Shown here: positions 31,639-41,104 of the stretch, in pieces
Layout: each line of letters begins with the position of its first letter
How positions within the stretch are numbered: position 1 is the first letter of the stretch
NCBI GenBank assembly: GCA_963819655.1
Contig: CAWFXA010000002.1
Coordinates: 896,001-960,000, forward strand
DNA length: 64,000 nucleotides
Direction of reading: 5' to 3'
Origin: an uncultured Chloroflexia bacterium
Lineage (GTDB): Bacteria > Chloroflexota > Limnocylindria > Limnocylindrales > CSP1-4
Notes under the pieces: generated by a model
Databases searched by the model: none
What the model was told of the DNA's origin: nothing
What the model saw: the letters and a program-made list of their open reading frames with translations, nothing else
Translations under genes and position numbers: made by a program

Positions 31639-33027
31639 ATGTCGATGGCGACGGCGATCGAGGGAGACCCACCGCGAGCGGACAAGCAACCGGAGCTGAA
31701 GCGGGTCATCGGCCCCAGGCTCCTGTTGTTCTTCGTCGTCGGCGACATCCTGGGCACCGGCATCTATGCGCTGACGGGCCAGGTCGCGGGCGTCGTCGGC
31801 GGGGCGGCCTGGCTCTCGTTCGCCCTGTCGTTCGTCGTTGCGCTCTTCACCGCGACCTCCTATGTCGAGCTCGTCACGAAGTACCCGAAGGCTGCAGGCG
31901 CTGCCCTGTACACGCATCGGGCATGGGCCATCCCGTTCCTGACGTTCCTCGTCGCCTTCACGGTCATGGCGTCGGGCCTGACGTCCGCCAGCGCCGCCGC
32001 GCGTGCCTTTGCGGGCGACTACCTCCAGCAGTTCGTCCAGCTGCCGAGCCTCGCCGTGGCGATCGGCTTCATCGTCGTCGTCGCCCTCGTGAACTTCCGC
32101 GGCGTCGGGGAGTCGGTCAAGGCAAACGTCGTCCTGACGTGTATCGAGTTGACCGGCCTGCTCATCGTCATCGCCATCGGGCTGCTGGCCTTCGGGCGCG
32201 GCCAGGCCGATCCGGCGGCGATCGTCACCTTCGAGAGCGACGGCACGCCGCTCGGGCTCGTGGTCAGCGGCGCGGCACTCGCATTCTTCGCGATGGTCGG
32301 CTTCGAGGACTCCGTGAACATGGCCGAAGAGACGGTCGACCCGCCACGGGTCTTCCCGCGGGCGCTGTTCCTCGGCATCTTCATCACCGGCGGCATCTAC
32401 ATCCTGGTGACGGCCATCGCGACGATGCTCGTGCCCATCCCGGTGCTGGCGGAGTCCACCGCGCCGCTGCTCGAGGTCGTGAAGGCCGGCGCCCCGGCAT
32501 TCCCGCTCACGCTGTTCTCGTTCATCGCGCTCTTCGCCGTCACGAACTCGGCCCTCATCAACATGCTCATGGCGTCGCGGCTCGTCTACGGGATGTCGCG
32601 AGAGCGCATCATCCCGAGCATCCTCGGCACGGTCCATCCGCTGCGACGGACGCCGTGGGTCGCGATCGTCTTCACGACCGCTCTCGCGGTCGCGCTCATC
32701 ACGGTCGGCAACATCGGCGGACTCGGTGGGACGACCGCGCTTCTCCTGTTGGGTGTGTTCACGATCGTGAACACAGCCGTGCTCGTGCTCCGGCGTCAGC
32801 CCGTCGAGCACCGTCACTACCAGGCGCCCACCATCCTCCCGGTCCTCGGCATCGTCAGTTGCGCATTCCTGGCCAGCCCCTTGTCGGGCCGCGACCCGAG
32901 CCAGTACGCCCTGGCTGGCGTGTTGCTCGCGATCGGCGTGGCCCTCTTCGTCGTCAACCGGCTCGTCGTCGGCCGGGTCGACATCGATCCGGAGCAGCTC
33001 GTCAAGGGCGGGGAGCCACATAACTGA
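31639..33027 (+). CDS. APC family amino acid permease
   Basis: GDILGTGIY, YVELVTKYP, AFFAMVGFED, SRLVYGM; many TM segments. Confidence 0.92.
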   Translation: MSMATAIEGDPPRADKQPELKRVIGPRLLLFFVVGDILGTGIYALTGQVAGVVGGAAWLSFALSFVVALFTATSYVELVTKYPKAAGAALYTHRAWAIPFLTFLVAFTVMASGLTSASAAARAFAGDYLQQFVQLPSLAVAIGFIVVVALVNFRGVGESVKANVVLTCIELTGLLIVIAIGLLAFGRGQADPAAIVTFESDGTPLGLVVSGAALAFFAMVGFEDSVNMAEETVDPPRVFPRALFLGIFITGGIYILVTAIATMLVPIPVLAESTAPLLEVVKAGAPAFPLTLFSFIALFAVTNSALINMLMASRLVYGMSRERIIPSILGTVHPLRRTPWVAIVFTTALAVALITVGNIGGLGGTTALLLLGVFTIVNTAVLVLRRQPVEHRHYQAPTILPVLGIVSCAFLASPLSGRDPSQYALAGVLLAIGVALFVVNRLVVGRVDIDPEQLVKGGEPHN

Positions 33028-33091
33028 GCGGCACCGAGACCTGGGTCGACAGCACCGCAGGCATCTTGACGCGAGGGCGTAGGTTGCTTCC

Positions 33092-33376
33092 ATGAACGTC
33101 GAGGAACGCCAGCGACGCCTGGATCGCGCGCGCCTCGCAATCCAGGCCGAGCTCCTGATCGGCCTTATGGTGGTGATCCTGACGAGCTCCGTCTCCATCG
33201 ACGCTTGGCCATGGGGCTCTGATCCGATGTCGGGCTATGTGCCTGCCTTGATGCAGTTGCTTGTCGTGGCCGCTCCACTGGTCTCGCTCCTCGCGTGGGT
33301 CTGGATGCTGCGACTCTCACGACCGCAACCCGAGGTAGGCGAGCGGAGTTGGCGATACCGCGACGGTGCAGCGTAG
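33092..33376 (+). CDS. Small two-TM hypothetical protein
   Basis: Two hydrophobic segments; TAGGTT 6 nt before ATG. Confidence 0.6.
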   Translation: MNVEERQRRLDRARLAIQAELLIGLMVVILTSSVSIDAWPWGSDPMSGYVPALMQLLVVAAPLVSLLAWVWMLRLSRPQPEVGERSWRYRDGAA

Positions 33377-33487
33377 GGATCAGACCGCCAAATGCCGTCG
33401 GGCGCGTCCTCCTGCGCCTGCTCCCGCTATGGATCCCCCTCTTCGAGCTGATCGCGTCCCGGGGTCGACTCTGCACGACGGGTCGCT

Positions 33488-33766
33488 ATGAAGATGCCCG
33501 AAGGCTCCGAAGCGGACCGGAGCTACCTACAGCGGGTGGTTGAGGACTGCGAGCAGCTCCTTGGGCCGGAGATCGAGTTGCGCGGGCTGGAGCTCGACGC
33601 CAACGCCGAGGTCGTCCTCCGGTTGAGATACCGATTGGGACCCGCGGAGTGGACGAGTGAGGGGCACGGGGAGACCGTCATCGCAGCTCACGCAGCCCTT
33701 CGGGAGCAACTGGTGCTCGACCGCATCCGCGTGGGTGTTCGGGCTATGGTCCGGCAGCCGCGGTAA
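33488..33766 (+). CDS. Hypothetical protein (alpha-beta-beta-beta-alpha pattern)
   Basis: 92-aa ORF with globular-protein composition. Confidence 0.65.
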   Translation: MKMPEGSEADRSYLQRVVEDCEQLLGPEIELRGLELDANAEVVLRLRYRLGPAEWTSEGHGETVIAAHAALREQLVLDRIRVGVRAMVRQPR

Positions 33767-34050
33767 TCGTCACTCCTCGGGAGGGCTCCGAAGCGGGATC
33801 GAAGGTCCGGGACCGGAGCCGGCGCAGATAGCCTGGGTGTTCGAGCGTATTCCGGACTTATCGCATGAGGGCCCGCGGACTCTCCGACGCGGCGAGCCTG
33901 CTCCGTGCGGCTCTGATCGCCCATCTGTCGCCGCTCGCCCCACGTTTACCGCATTGCACGGCGCGTGAGTAAGGCGCCATAGGGGGAGGCCGCGGCTCAG
34001 GCGGGCCGGCGGATGATCGCGTGGCCGTATGATGGGCCGCGTCGGGACTC

Positions 34051-34074
34051 CGGGGAGTGGCGAGTTGGCAACGC
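34051..34074 (+). repeat. Tandem partial copy of the tRNA-Pro 5' end
   Basis: CGGGGAGTGGCG-AGTTGGCAACGC vs tRNA CGGGGAGTGGCGTAGTTGGCAACGC. Confidence 0.9.
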
Positions 34075-34150
34075 CGGGGAGTGGCGTAGTTGGCAACGCA
34101 CGTGCTTTGGGAGCACGAGATCGTGGGTTCGAGTCCCACCTCCCCGACCA
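34075..34150 (+). tRNA. tRNA-Pro(TGG)
   Basis: Acceptor CGGGGAG/CTCCCCG, anticodon arm CGTGC-TTTGGGA-GCACG, GTTCGAGTC T-loop, encoded CCA. Confidence 0.97.
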
Positions 34151-34230
34151 TCACCAGATCCGGCACCTCGCCCGCCTGCGTAGGCCCGGTTGACCGACTC
34201 TTGAACCAGCCAAGGTCCAGATGAGTTGCC

Positions 34231-35091
34231 ATGCCACGCCTGCAATCGCGCCGCTTTGCTACACCGGACGAGCGTCGAACGTTTGCGCACGGTCGTGCTG
34301 AATTGCTGAATCTCGATGAGTCGACGGTAGGTCGTGCGACATACGAACCCGGATGGCGATGGACCACTGACATGCCAGGGGTCGCCGGTACAGCGACCTG
34401 CCAATTCCACCACCTCGGGTACTCGATCTCTGGTGTCATGCACGTCGTGTCGGACGACGGACAGGAACTGGACATCGCCGCTGAGTCGGTCTACGAGATC
34501 CCAGCCGGTCATGACGCGTGGGTCGTCGGCGATGAACCGTGGGTGACGGTCGAATGGACGAGTGCCAGGTCATTCGGCGTTTCGCCAGAAGGCCCCGGCG
34601 AGCGCATCCTTGCGACAGTCCTGTTCACGGACATCGTGGACTCCACGGCCACGATGCAACGAGTCGGGGATGCCGCGTGGCGCGACTTGCTGTCCACGCA
34701 TAACCGCCTCCTGCGTAACGAACTCAATCTCTTCCGGGGGCGCGAAGTCGCGACGACCGGGGATGGATTCCTGGCCGTGTTCGACGGCGCCACACGGGCC
34801 GTTCGATGCGGCGTCGCGATGGCGCGCTCCGCCGAGAAGGTGGGTCTAGCGATCCGTGTCGGCATTCATACCGGCGAAGTCGAGTTCGTTGGGCCCGATG
34901 CGCGCGGCCTAGCAGTTCACGCGGCGGCACGAGTCATGTCGTTCGCCGGTTCGGGCGAGGTGCTCGTCTCGTCGACGACGAAGGACCTTTTGGAAGGCTC
35001 TGGCCTGGTCCTCGAGGATGCCGGAGCCCATGAACTGAAAGGGCTTGCCGGGGAGCGGCGCCTCTTCAGGCTTGCTGCTTTGGCGGACTGA
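34231..35091 (+). CDS. Cupin + class III adenylate/guanylate cyclase
   Basis: HHLGY..IPAGHDAW cupin; FTDIVDST, TGDGF, GIHTGE, AARV. Confidence 0.9.
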   Translation: MPRLQSRRFATPDERRTFAHGRAELLNLDESTVGRATYEPGWRWTTDMPGVAGTATCQFHHLGYSISGVMHVVSDDGQELDIAAESVYEIPAGHDAWVVGDEPWVTVEWTSARSFGVSPEGPGERILATVLFTDIVDSTATMQRVGDAAWRDLLSTHNRLLRNELNLFRGREVATTGDGFLAVFDGATRAVRCGVAMARSAEKVGLAIRVGIHTGEVEFVGPDARGLAVHAAARVMSFAGSGEVLVSSTTKDLLEGSGLVLEDAGAHELKGLAGERRLFRLAALAD

Positions 35092-35112
35092 ACGCGGCCG
35101 AGAGTCGCCTGC

Positions 35113-37128
35113 GTGATGACCTCGAAGTCGATGGCGGACCGGACCTCGCACGCGGCCGGCCACGACCGTCACGAGGGTCACTCGGTCGCGATGTTTCGCG
35201 ACAAGTTCTGGCTCAGCCTTGCCCTGACGATCCCGACCGTACTGCTCAGCGCCGAGGTCGCCGGATGGATCGGTTATTCGATCCCGTCGATCCCCGGCAT
35301 CGAGTCCGTGCCAGCGATCCTCGGTACGAGCGTCTTCTTCTTCGGCGGGATGGTCTTCATCCGCGGTGCACAGGCCGAGTTGGCCGATCGCAAGCCCGGG
35401 ATGATGACCCTCATCTCGCTGGCGATCGTGGTTGCCTTCGTGACTTCGTGGGCCAGCACGCTCGGCCTGTTCGCGGTCGAGATCTGGTGGGAACTCGCCA
35501 CCCTGATCACGGTCATGCTCCTCGGGCACTGGCTCGAAATGCGCTCGATCGCCCAGGCGCAGGGGGCGCTCTCCGCCCTCGCCGCATTACTCCCGGACAC
35601 GGCCGAGCGGGTCATGGCCGATGGCACCGAGGAGGTGCCGATCGCGCAGGTGAGCGTCAGTGACATCGTCCTGGTTCGGCCGGGGGCCCGTGTGCCGGCC
35701 GACGGAGAGGTCGTCGAGGGGACGGCCGAGGTCGATGAGTCGGTCATCACGGGGGAGTCGCGAGCCGTGACAAAGCAACCCGGCGACAGCGTCACCGCCG
35801 GCACCGTGGCCGCAGGCGGTTCCCTTCGAATCAGGGTCACCGCCACAGGGGAACAGACGGCTCTCTCCGGGATCATGCGCCTGGTCGCCCAAGCCCAGGC
35901 TTCGGCCTCCCGAGCCCAAGCACTGGCCGATCGAGCGGCGGCGATCCTGTTCTATGTCGCGCTCGCCGCTGGCGCCATCACGCTCGTCGGCTGGTTGCTG
36001 CTCGGAGACCCGGAGGGCGCGCTTGTCCGAACCGCGACTGTCCTCGTGATCGCATGCCCGCACGCCTTGGGCCTCGCTATCCCGCTGGTCATTGCCATCT
36101 CCACATCGATCGGTGCCCAGAACGGCCTGCTCATCAAGGACCGCATCGCCCTCGAGCAGGCCCGGACGCTCGACACTGTGATCTTCGACAAGACCGGCAC
36201 GCTCACGAAGGGCGAGCCGGTGCTGGCCGATGTCAGTGGCGACCCCGAGGCGCTCCGCCTCGCAGCTGCGGTGGAGGCCGACTCCGAGCACCCGCTGGCC
36301 CGCGCGATCGTCGTAGGCGCGAACGACCGCGGCCTGTCCGTCCCAACCGCGACATCGTTCGAGGCGCTAGCGGGTCAAGGGGCGCGCGCGACGGTCGAGG
36401 GTCACGACGTGGCCGTTGGTGGACCCCGCCTGCTCGCTGAAATGTCGCTCGAGCCACTGCCCGTCGCGGCTGACTGGGACAGCCAAGGTCGAACGGTTCT
36501 CCACGTGGTCGTTGACGGCAATGTGGCGGGGGTGATCGCGGTCGAAGACGAGGTGCGGCCGGAGTCGAAGGAAGCGATCGACGCTCTGCATGGGCTCGGC
36601 ATCCGGGTGGCCATGATCACGGGCGACAGCCAGGCCGTGGCCGACTCGGTCGCGCGCCGGCTCGGCATCGACGAGGTCGCCGCGCAGATCCTGCCGGCCG
36701 ACAAGGCCGCCGCGGTCAAGCGCTTCCAGGAGGGTGGCCGCAGGGTGGCCATGGTCGGCGACGGCGTGAACGACGCGCCGGCGCTTGCGACGGCCGACGT
36801 CGGGATGGCGATCGGTGCAGGCACAGACGTCGCGATCGAGTCCGCCGGCATCGTGCTTGTCCGCAGCGACCCACGCGACGTTGTGGCGGCCATCGAACTG
36901 TCGCGAGCGACCTACGGCAAGATGGTCCAGAACCTGATCTGGGCGACTGGCTACAACGTGGTCGCGATCCCAGTCGCCATGGGCCTCCTGGTCCCCTGGG
37001 GGATCGATCTGCCGATGGCGGTCGGGGCCGCCGCCATGAGCCTGTCGACCATCATCGTCGCGGCCAACGCCCAACTCCTGCGCCGCGTCCGACTGCGACG
37101 CGATACACGCGAACATGTTCGCGCCTAG
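35113..37128 (+). CDS. Copper-exporting P1B-type ATPase (CopB-like, P1B-3)
   Basis: TGES, CPHALG, DKTGT, SEHP, GDGVND, YN, MSLS; short His-rich N-terminus. Confidence 0.93.
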   Translation: MMTSKSMADRTSHAAGHDRHEGHSVAMFRDKFWLSLALTIPTVLLSAEVAGWIGYSIPSIPGIESVPAILGTSVFFFGGMVFIRGAQAELADRKPGMMTLISLAIVVAFVTSWASTLGLFAVEIWWELATLITVMLLGHWLEMRSIAQAQGALSALAALLPDTAERVMADGTEEVPIAQVSVSDIVLVRPGARVPADGEVVEGTAEVDESVITGESRAVTKQPGDSVTAGTVAAGGSLRIRVTATGEQTALSGIMRLVAQAQASASRAQALADRAAAILFYVALAAGAITLVGWLLLGDPEGALVRTATVLVIACPHALGLAIPLVIAISTSIGAQNGLLIKDRIALEQARTLDTVIFDKTGTLTKGEPVLADVSGDPEALRLAAAVEADSEHPLARAIVVGANDRGLSVPTATSFEALAGQGARATVEGHDVAVGGPRLLAEMSLEPLPVAADWDSQGRTVLHVVVDGNVAGVIAVEDEVRPESKEAIDALHGLGIRVAMITGDSQAVADSVARRLGIDEVAAQILPADKAAAVKRFQEGGRRVAMVGDGVNDAPALATADVGMAIGAGTDVAIESAGIVLVRSDPRDVVAAIELSRATYGKMVQNLIWATGYNVVAIPVAMGLLVPWGIDLPMAVGAAAMSLSTIIVAANAQLLRRVRLRRDTREHVRA

Positions 37129-37201
37129 GTGTCGTTCCCGGGGAGGTTGTCGACCGAGGCGGGCTGGAGCACATGCCTCCCAGATGGCGTAGCGTGGCGC
37201 C

Positions 37202-37654
37202 GTGAGCCGGGACGTCGAGGATCTGAACCGGCGCCTGCTGCGCGCACGCGACGCCATGGACCGCGCCTACGCCGAGCCGCTCGACGTCCGCGCCGTGGCC
37301 GCGGTGGCCCACGTCTCCGAGGCGCACTTCATCCGCAGCTACCGCGCCGTCTTCGGGGAGACGCCGCACCGCTACCTGCAGCGGCGGCGGGTGGAGCGCT
37401 CGATGTTCCTTTTGCGCGAGACCGACCGCAGCGTCACCGACATCTGCCTCGACGTCGGCTTCACAAGCCTGGGGACGTTCAGCCGCATGTTCCGCGAGAT
37501 CGTCGGCGAGACCCCGTCGGGCTACCGCAAGGGGCATGGGCCGATCGTCGCGCCTCACTGCGTCCAGCTGGCGGCCATGCGGCCGCGGGTCGCGGCGGGG
37601 GAGGCGATGCGATCGAGCAGTTTTGGAGAAGCCGCGGCTGTCGCAGCGCCCTAG
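37202..37654 (+). CDS. AraC-family HTH regulator
   Basis: LLRARDAMD..FGETPHRYL..VGFTSLGTFSR. Confidence 0.92.
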   Translation: MSRDVEDLNRRLLRARDAMDRAYAEPLDVRAVAAVAHVSEAHFIRSYRAVFGETPHRYLQRRRVERSMFLLRETDRSVTDICLDVGFTSLGTFSRMFREIVGETPSGYRKGHGPIVAPHCVQLAAMRPRVAAGEAMRSSSFGEAAAVAAP

Positions 37655-37694
37655 GATCAGAGGACCCAATGAACTCGCACACGTGAGGATCGCC

Positions 37695-38126
37695 ATGATC
37701 AACAGACTCAACGTCGCCTCCATCTATGTCCTCGACAAGGAGGAGGCGCTTGACTTCTACGTCAACAAACTCGGACTCGAAGTCGGCAATGACGTCCGAC
37801 AGGGTGACTACCGCTGGCTGACGGTGCGCGTTCCCGGCAACCCGGAGACCGAGGTCTCTCTGGAGCAGCCCGGCTCGCCGCTGCACGACGAAGCGACCGC
37901 TTCGCAGCTTCGCGAGCTGATCACCAAGGGCGCCCTCGGCGGGCTCGTCTTCATCACCGACGATGCCCGGGGCCTGTACGAGACCCTCAAGGCACGCGGC
38001 GTCACCGACTTCACCCAGGAGCCAACCGATCACTTCTATGGCACCGACATGGGCCTGCGCGATCCCTTCGGCAACCCCATCCGGATCCTGCAGCAGGGCA
38101 AGGTCGCCCAGGAGGCGACGGCCTGA
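37695..38126 (+). CDS. VOC/glyoxalase family protein
   Basis: ALDFYVNKLGL, RWLTV, RDPFGN; GAGG RBS. Confidence 0.9.
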   Translation: MINRLNVASIYVLDKEEALDFYVNKLGLEVGNDVRQGDYRWLTVRVPGNPETEVSLEQPGSPLHDEATASQLRELITKGALGGLVFITDDARGLYETLKARGVTDFTQEPTDHFYGTDMGLRDPFGNPIRILQQGKVAQEATA

Positions 38127-38153
38127 CCGGTCCGGGATCGCACAGCACCTGGG

Positions 38154-38183
38154 GACGAGCCCGCCAGAGCCGGCGGGCTCGTC
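38154..38183. terminator. Hairpin between convergent genes
   Basis: Perfect 12-bp stem GACGAGCCCGCC / GGCGGGCTCGTC. Confidence 0.75.
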
Positions 38184-38186
38184 GAT

Positions 38187-38805
38187 TCAGGCGATGGCCG
38201 ACGCGATGGCCACCACCGCGAACGCGCCGATGATCAGCCCGGACGCGACGTTGACCCGTCGCAGACCGGTCGGCGTCAGCCTTGACCGGAAGGCGCCGAC
38301 CGCAGCGACGAGCACCACCCACCACGCCGCCGACCCCGCGAACACGCCGAGGGTGAGCGAGGTGGCTCCGGCCGCGTCGCCGCCTGTCACGCCGAGGCCG
38401 ACGAACAGCGCGGCGAACGACAGGATCGTCATCGGATTGGCCAGGGTCAGACCGAGCGTGCTCAGGTACGCCGTCGGCAGGCCGCGACGGCCATTCGTAC
38501 CGGCCGTGGCCGCCTCGCCCGGCACGGACCGGAACGTGCGCCAGGCGAGCCACAGCAGGAAGGCGCCACCAACGATCCCGAGCGGCCGTCGCCAGTCGAC
38601 GAGAAGGTCGGTGACGGCCGTCAGGCCGAACGCGGCGATCGCCCCATACGTGGCGTCGGCGGTCGCGACGCCCATCCCCGACACCAGCCCGACCAGCCGG
38701 CCCTCCGCGAGGGTGCGCCGGATGCACGAGCAAGCTGATCGGACCGACCGCGGCGGCGATCGTGAAGCCGAGGACGAGGCCTCGGAGGAAGAGCGTCGGT
38801 TCCAT
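38187..38805 (-). CDS. LysE-family exporter; frameshift near 38725
   Basis: GFTIAAAVGPIS, GVATADATYG, LTLANPMTI, GSAAWW. Confidence 0.9.
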
Positions 38806-38827
38806 GGTGTGAAGCTCCGTGAACAGG

Positions 38828-38855
38828 AAAAACCCCCGGCGTTCGTGCCGAGGGT
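38828..38855 (-). terminator. Attenuator terminator upstream of lysE
   Basis: CCCTCGGC-acgaac-GCCGGGGG followed by TTTTT on the minus strand. Confidence 0.75.
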
Positions 38856-38900
38856 GTTCCTCTCAGATCCGCGGTCGGCGCCCACGTGGGGCGCAGCGCA

Positions 38901-38969
38901 TCAGCTCGAGCGGGCCCTCGCGGGCCGCTGCTGCGACGAGGCGGCGGTGACGTCGATGAGGTGATGCAT
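38901..38969 (-). CDS. Putative leader peptide MHHLIDVTAASSQQRPARARSS
   Basis: TTGACA-N18-CACCCT-N7-ATG; precedes the terminator and lysE. Confidence 0.55.
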   Translation of the reverse strand: MHHLIDVTAASSQQRPARARSS

Positions 38970-39044
38970 CGCGCGCAGGGTGCGGGATTGTGATGTCCGG
39001 TGTCAATCTGCCGGTCCGCGTCGCGTCCCCGCTATCATCGCCCC

Positions 39045-40187
39045 ATGGACAGCCCCAGCCCTCGCCGCGGTCTTCGGGCGCGCGGACACCGATCCGGCGC
39101 CACGACCGACGCCGCCGATGCGGGGACGAGCACGATCGAGCCGGTCGACCACGACCGGTTCCCAGACGTCGCCACGCGCCGCGCGATCGACGGCGGCAAG
39201 GCCAGCCAGCGTTTCCGCGACGTCCTCGCCGAGGGAGGACCGGTCCTCGCGGACGGGGCCATGGGCACGATGCTGTTCGCCAACGGGCTCCAGTTCGGCG
39301 ATCCGCCCGAGGTCTGGAACCTGACCCAGCCCGAGGTCATCCGGCGCATCCAGCGCGGCTACCTCGACGCAGGGTCGCGGATCATCATGACCAACACGTT
39401 CGGCGGCAATCGCCTCCGGCTCGGTCTGCACGGCCTGAGCGAGCGTGTCGATGAGCTCAACCGCACCGCCGCCATCCTGGCCCGGGCCGAGGTCAACGCC
39501 GCAGGCGGGACGGCCCTCGTCGCGGGTGACATCGGCCCCAGCGGCGAGATCGTCGCTCCCCTCGGCACGCTCGAGTACGACATCGCGGTCGACGTCTTCC
39601 GCGAGCAGGCCGCGTCGCTCGTGGCCGGCGGCGTCGACCTCATCTGGATCGAGACGATGTCCGATCTCAACGAGATCAAGGCCGCCATCGAGGGTGTTCG
39701 CCGCGTGTCCCCCGGGATCGCGCTGGTCACGACGATGACCTTCGACACCCGCGGGCACACGATGATGGGCGTGTCTCCAGAGCAGGCCGTCGAGGCGCTC
39801 GTCGCGTGGGGGGCCGACGCGGTGGGTGGGAACTGCGGCAACGGACCGGACGAGCTGCTGCCGGTGATCGAGCGCATGCACGCTGCCAACCCCGAGGCGG
39901 TCCTCGTCGCGAAGTCGAACGCGGGGATGCCCGAGCTCGTCGACATGCGTGCCGTTTACCGCGCCGACCCGCCGACGATGGCCGCGTTCGGTGTCCAGAT
40001 GCGCGACGCAGGTGCCCGGATCGTCGGGGCGTGCTGCGGCAGTACCCCGGATCACCTGCGCGCCATGCACGACGCGCTGATCCCGGCGCGGCTCACTAGC
40101 CCCGGATGGGGGAGCGGCCGCTCAAGATCGGCGTCCAGCTGCCCGAGGTCGAACGAGAGGTTCGCTGGCCCGAGCTGCTCGACATGA
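39045..40187 (+). CDS. Stand-alone homocysteine S-methyltransferase domain protein; 3' end uncertain
   Basis: DGAMGT, TNTFG, IETMSD, GGNCG, SNAG, GACCG. Confidence 0.88.
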   Translation: MDSPSPRRGLRARGHRSGATTDAADAGTSTIEPVDHDRFPDVATRRAIDGGKASQRFRDVLAEGGPVLADGAMGTMLFANGLQFGDPPEVWNLTQPEVIRRIQRGYLDAGSRIIMTNTFGGNRLRLGLHGLSERVDELNRTAAILARAEVNAAGGTALVAGDIGPSGEIVAPLGTLEYDIAVDVFREQAASLVAGGVDLIWIETMSDLNEIKAAIEGVRRVSPGIALVTTMTFDTRGHTMMGVSPEQAVEALVAWGADAVGGNCGNGPDELLPVIERMHAANPEAVLVAKSNAGMPELVDMRAVYRADPPTMAAFGVQMRDAGARIVGACCGSTPDHLRAMHDALIPARLTSPGWGSGRSRSASSCPRSNERFAGPSCST

Positions 40188-41024
40188 CCCGGGCCATCGA
40201 GGATCTCGGGATACGACTCCGTCTGGCTCGGCGAGCATCTTCTCTACCGCTGGCCCGACCGACCCTCGCGCGGGCCGTGGGAGGCGTGGTCGATGCTTGC
40301 CGCGATCGCGGCGGTCACCGAGCGCATCGAGCTCGGCCCACTGGTCGCCTGCACGGCGTTCCACAACCCCGCCGTCCTCGCCAAACAGGCCTCGACGATC
40401 GACGAGATCAGCGGCGGCCGGCTGATCCTCGGCCTGGGCGCCGGCTGGAACGAGACCGAGTTCCGCGCGTTCGGCATCCCGTTCGACCATCGTGTCGACC
40501 GGTTCGAGGAGGCGTTCACGATCATCCGGACGCTGCTGCAGGTTGGTGCGATCGACTTCGACGGGCGCTTCTACCAGGCGCGCGACGCCGAGCTGCTGCC
40601 GCGCGGGCCCAGACCGAGCGGGCCGCCGCTGATGATCGGCTCGAACGGCCCACGGATGCTGCGGATCGCCGCGCCGCATGTCCAGGCATGGAACAGCTGG
40701 TTCGCCGACATCGGCAATGCCCCCGAGGGCGTGGCCGCGCTGCGTGACGTCGTCGACGCGGCGTGCCGCGACGTGGGGCGTGACCCGGCTGCCATCGAGC
40801 GGACCGTCGCGGTCCTGGTCAAGTTGCCTGGCGGCACCGGCCGCGTCCAGGGTTCCTACGCCGAGGCGCAGCCCGTGCCACTGGAGGGCTCGCCCGAGGC
40901 GATGGGCGACGTCCTGCGTGCCTACGCCCGAGCGGGCATCGCTCACGTCCAGCTCGTGATCGACCCGATCACGCGGGGATCGATCGAGGCGTTCGCGCCG
41001 GTCCTGGCCGAACTGGAGCGCTGA
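40106..41024 (+). CDS. LLM-class flavin-dependent oxidoreductase; frameshift near 40210
   Basis: DSVWLGEH, TIDEISGGRLILGLGAGW, GPRMLR. Confidence 0.88.
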
Positions 41025-41104
41025 ACCAACCCTCCGGCGTCCCGTGTGGCGGTACTAACGTTAGGGTCGACGGTGGGTCGCCGGCTGCCCAGAATCGCCG
41101 GGCT

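Noticed and set aside
34150-38200. Intact integrative element at tRNA-Pro
   Set aside because: No integrase, transposase or downstream copy of the tRNA 3' end was found
38805-39000. Lysine/SAM riboswitch or T-box upstream of lysE
   Set aside because: No recognisable consensus by eye; a leader peptide plus terminator explains the region better (no Rfam search was run)
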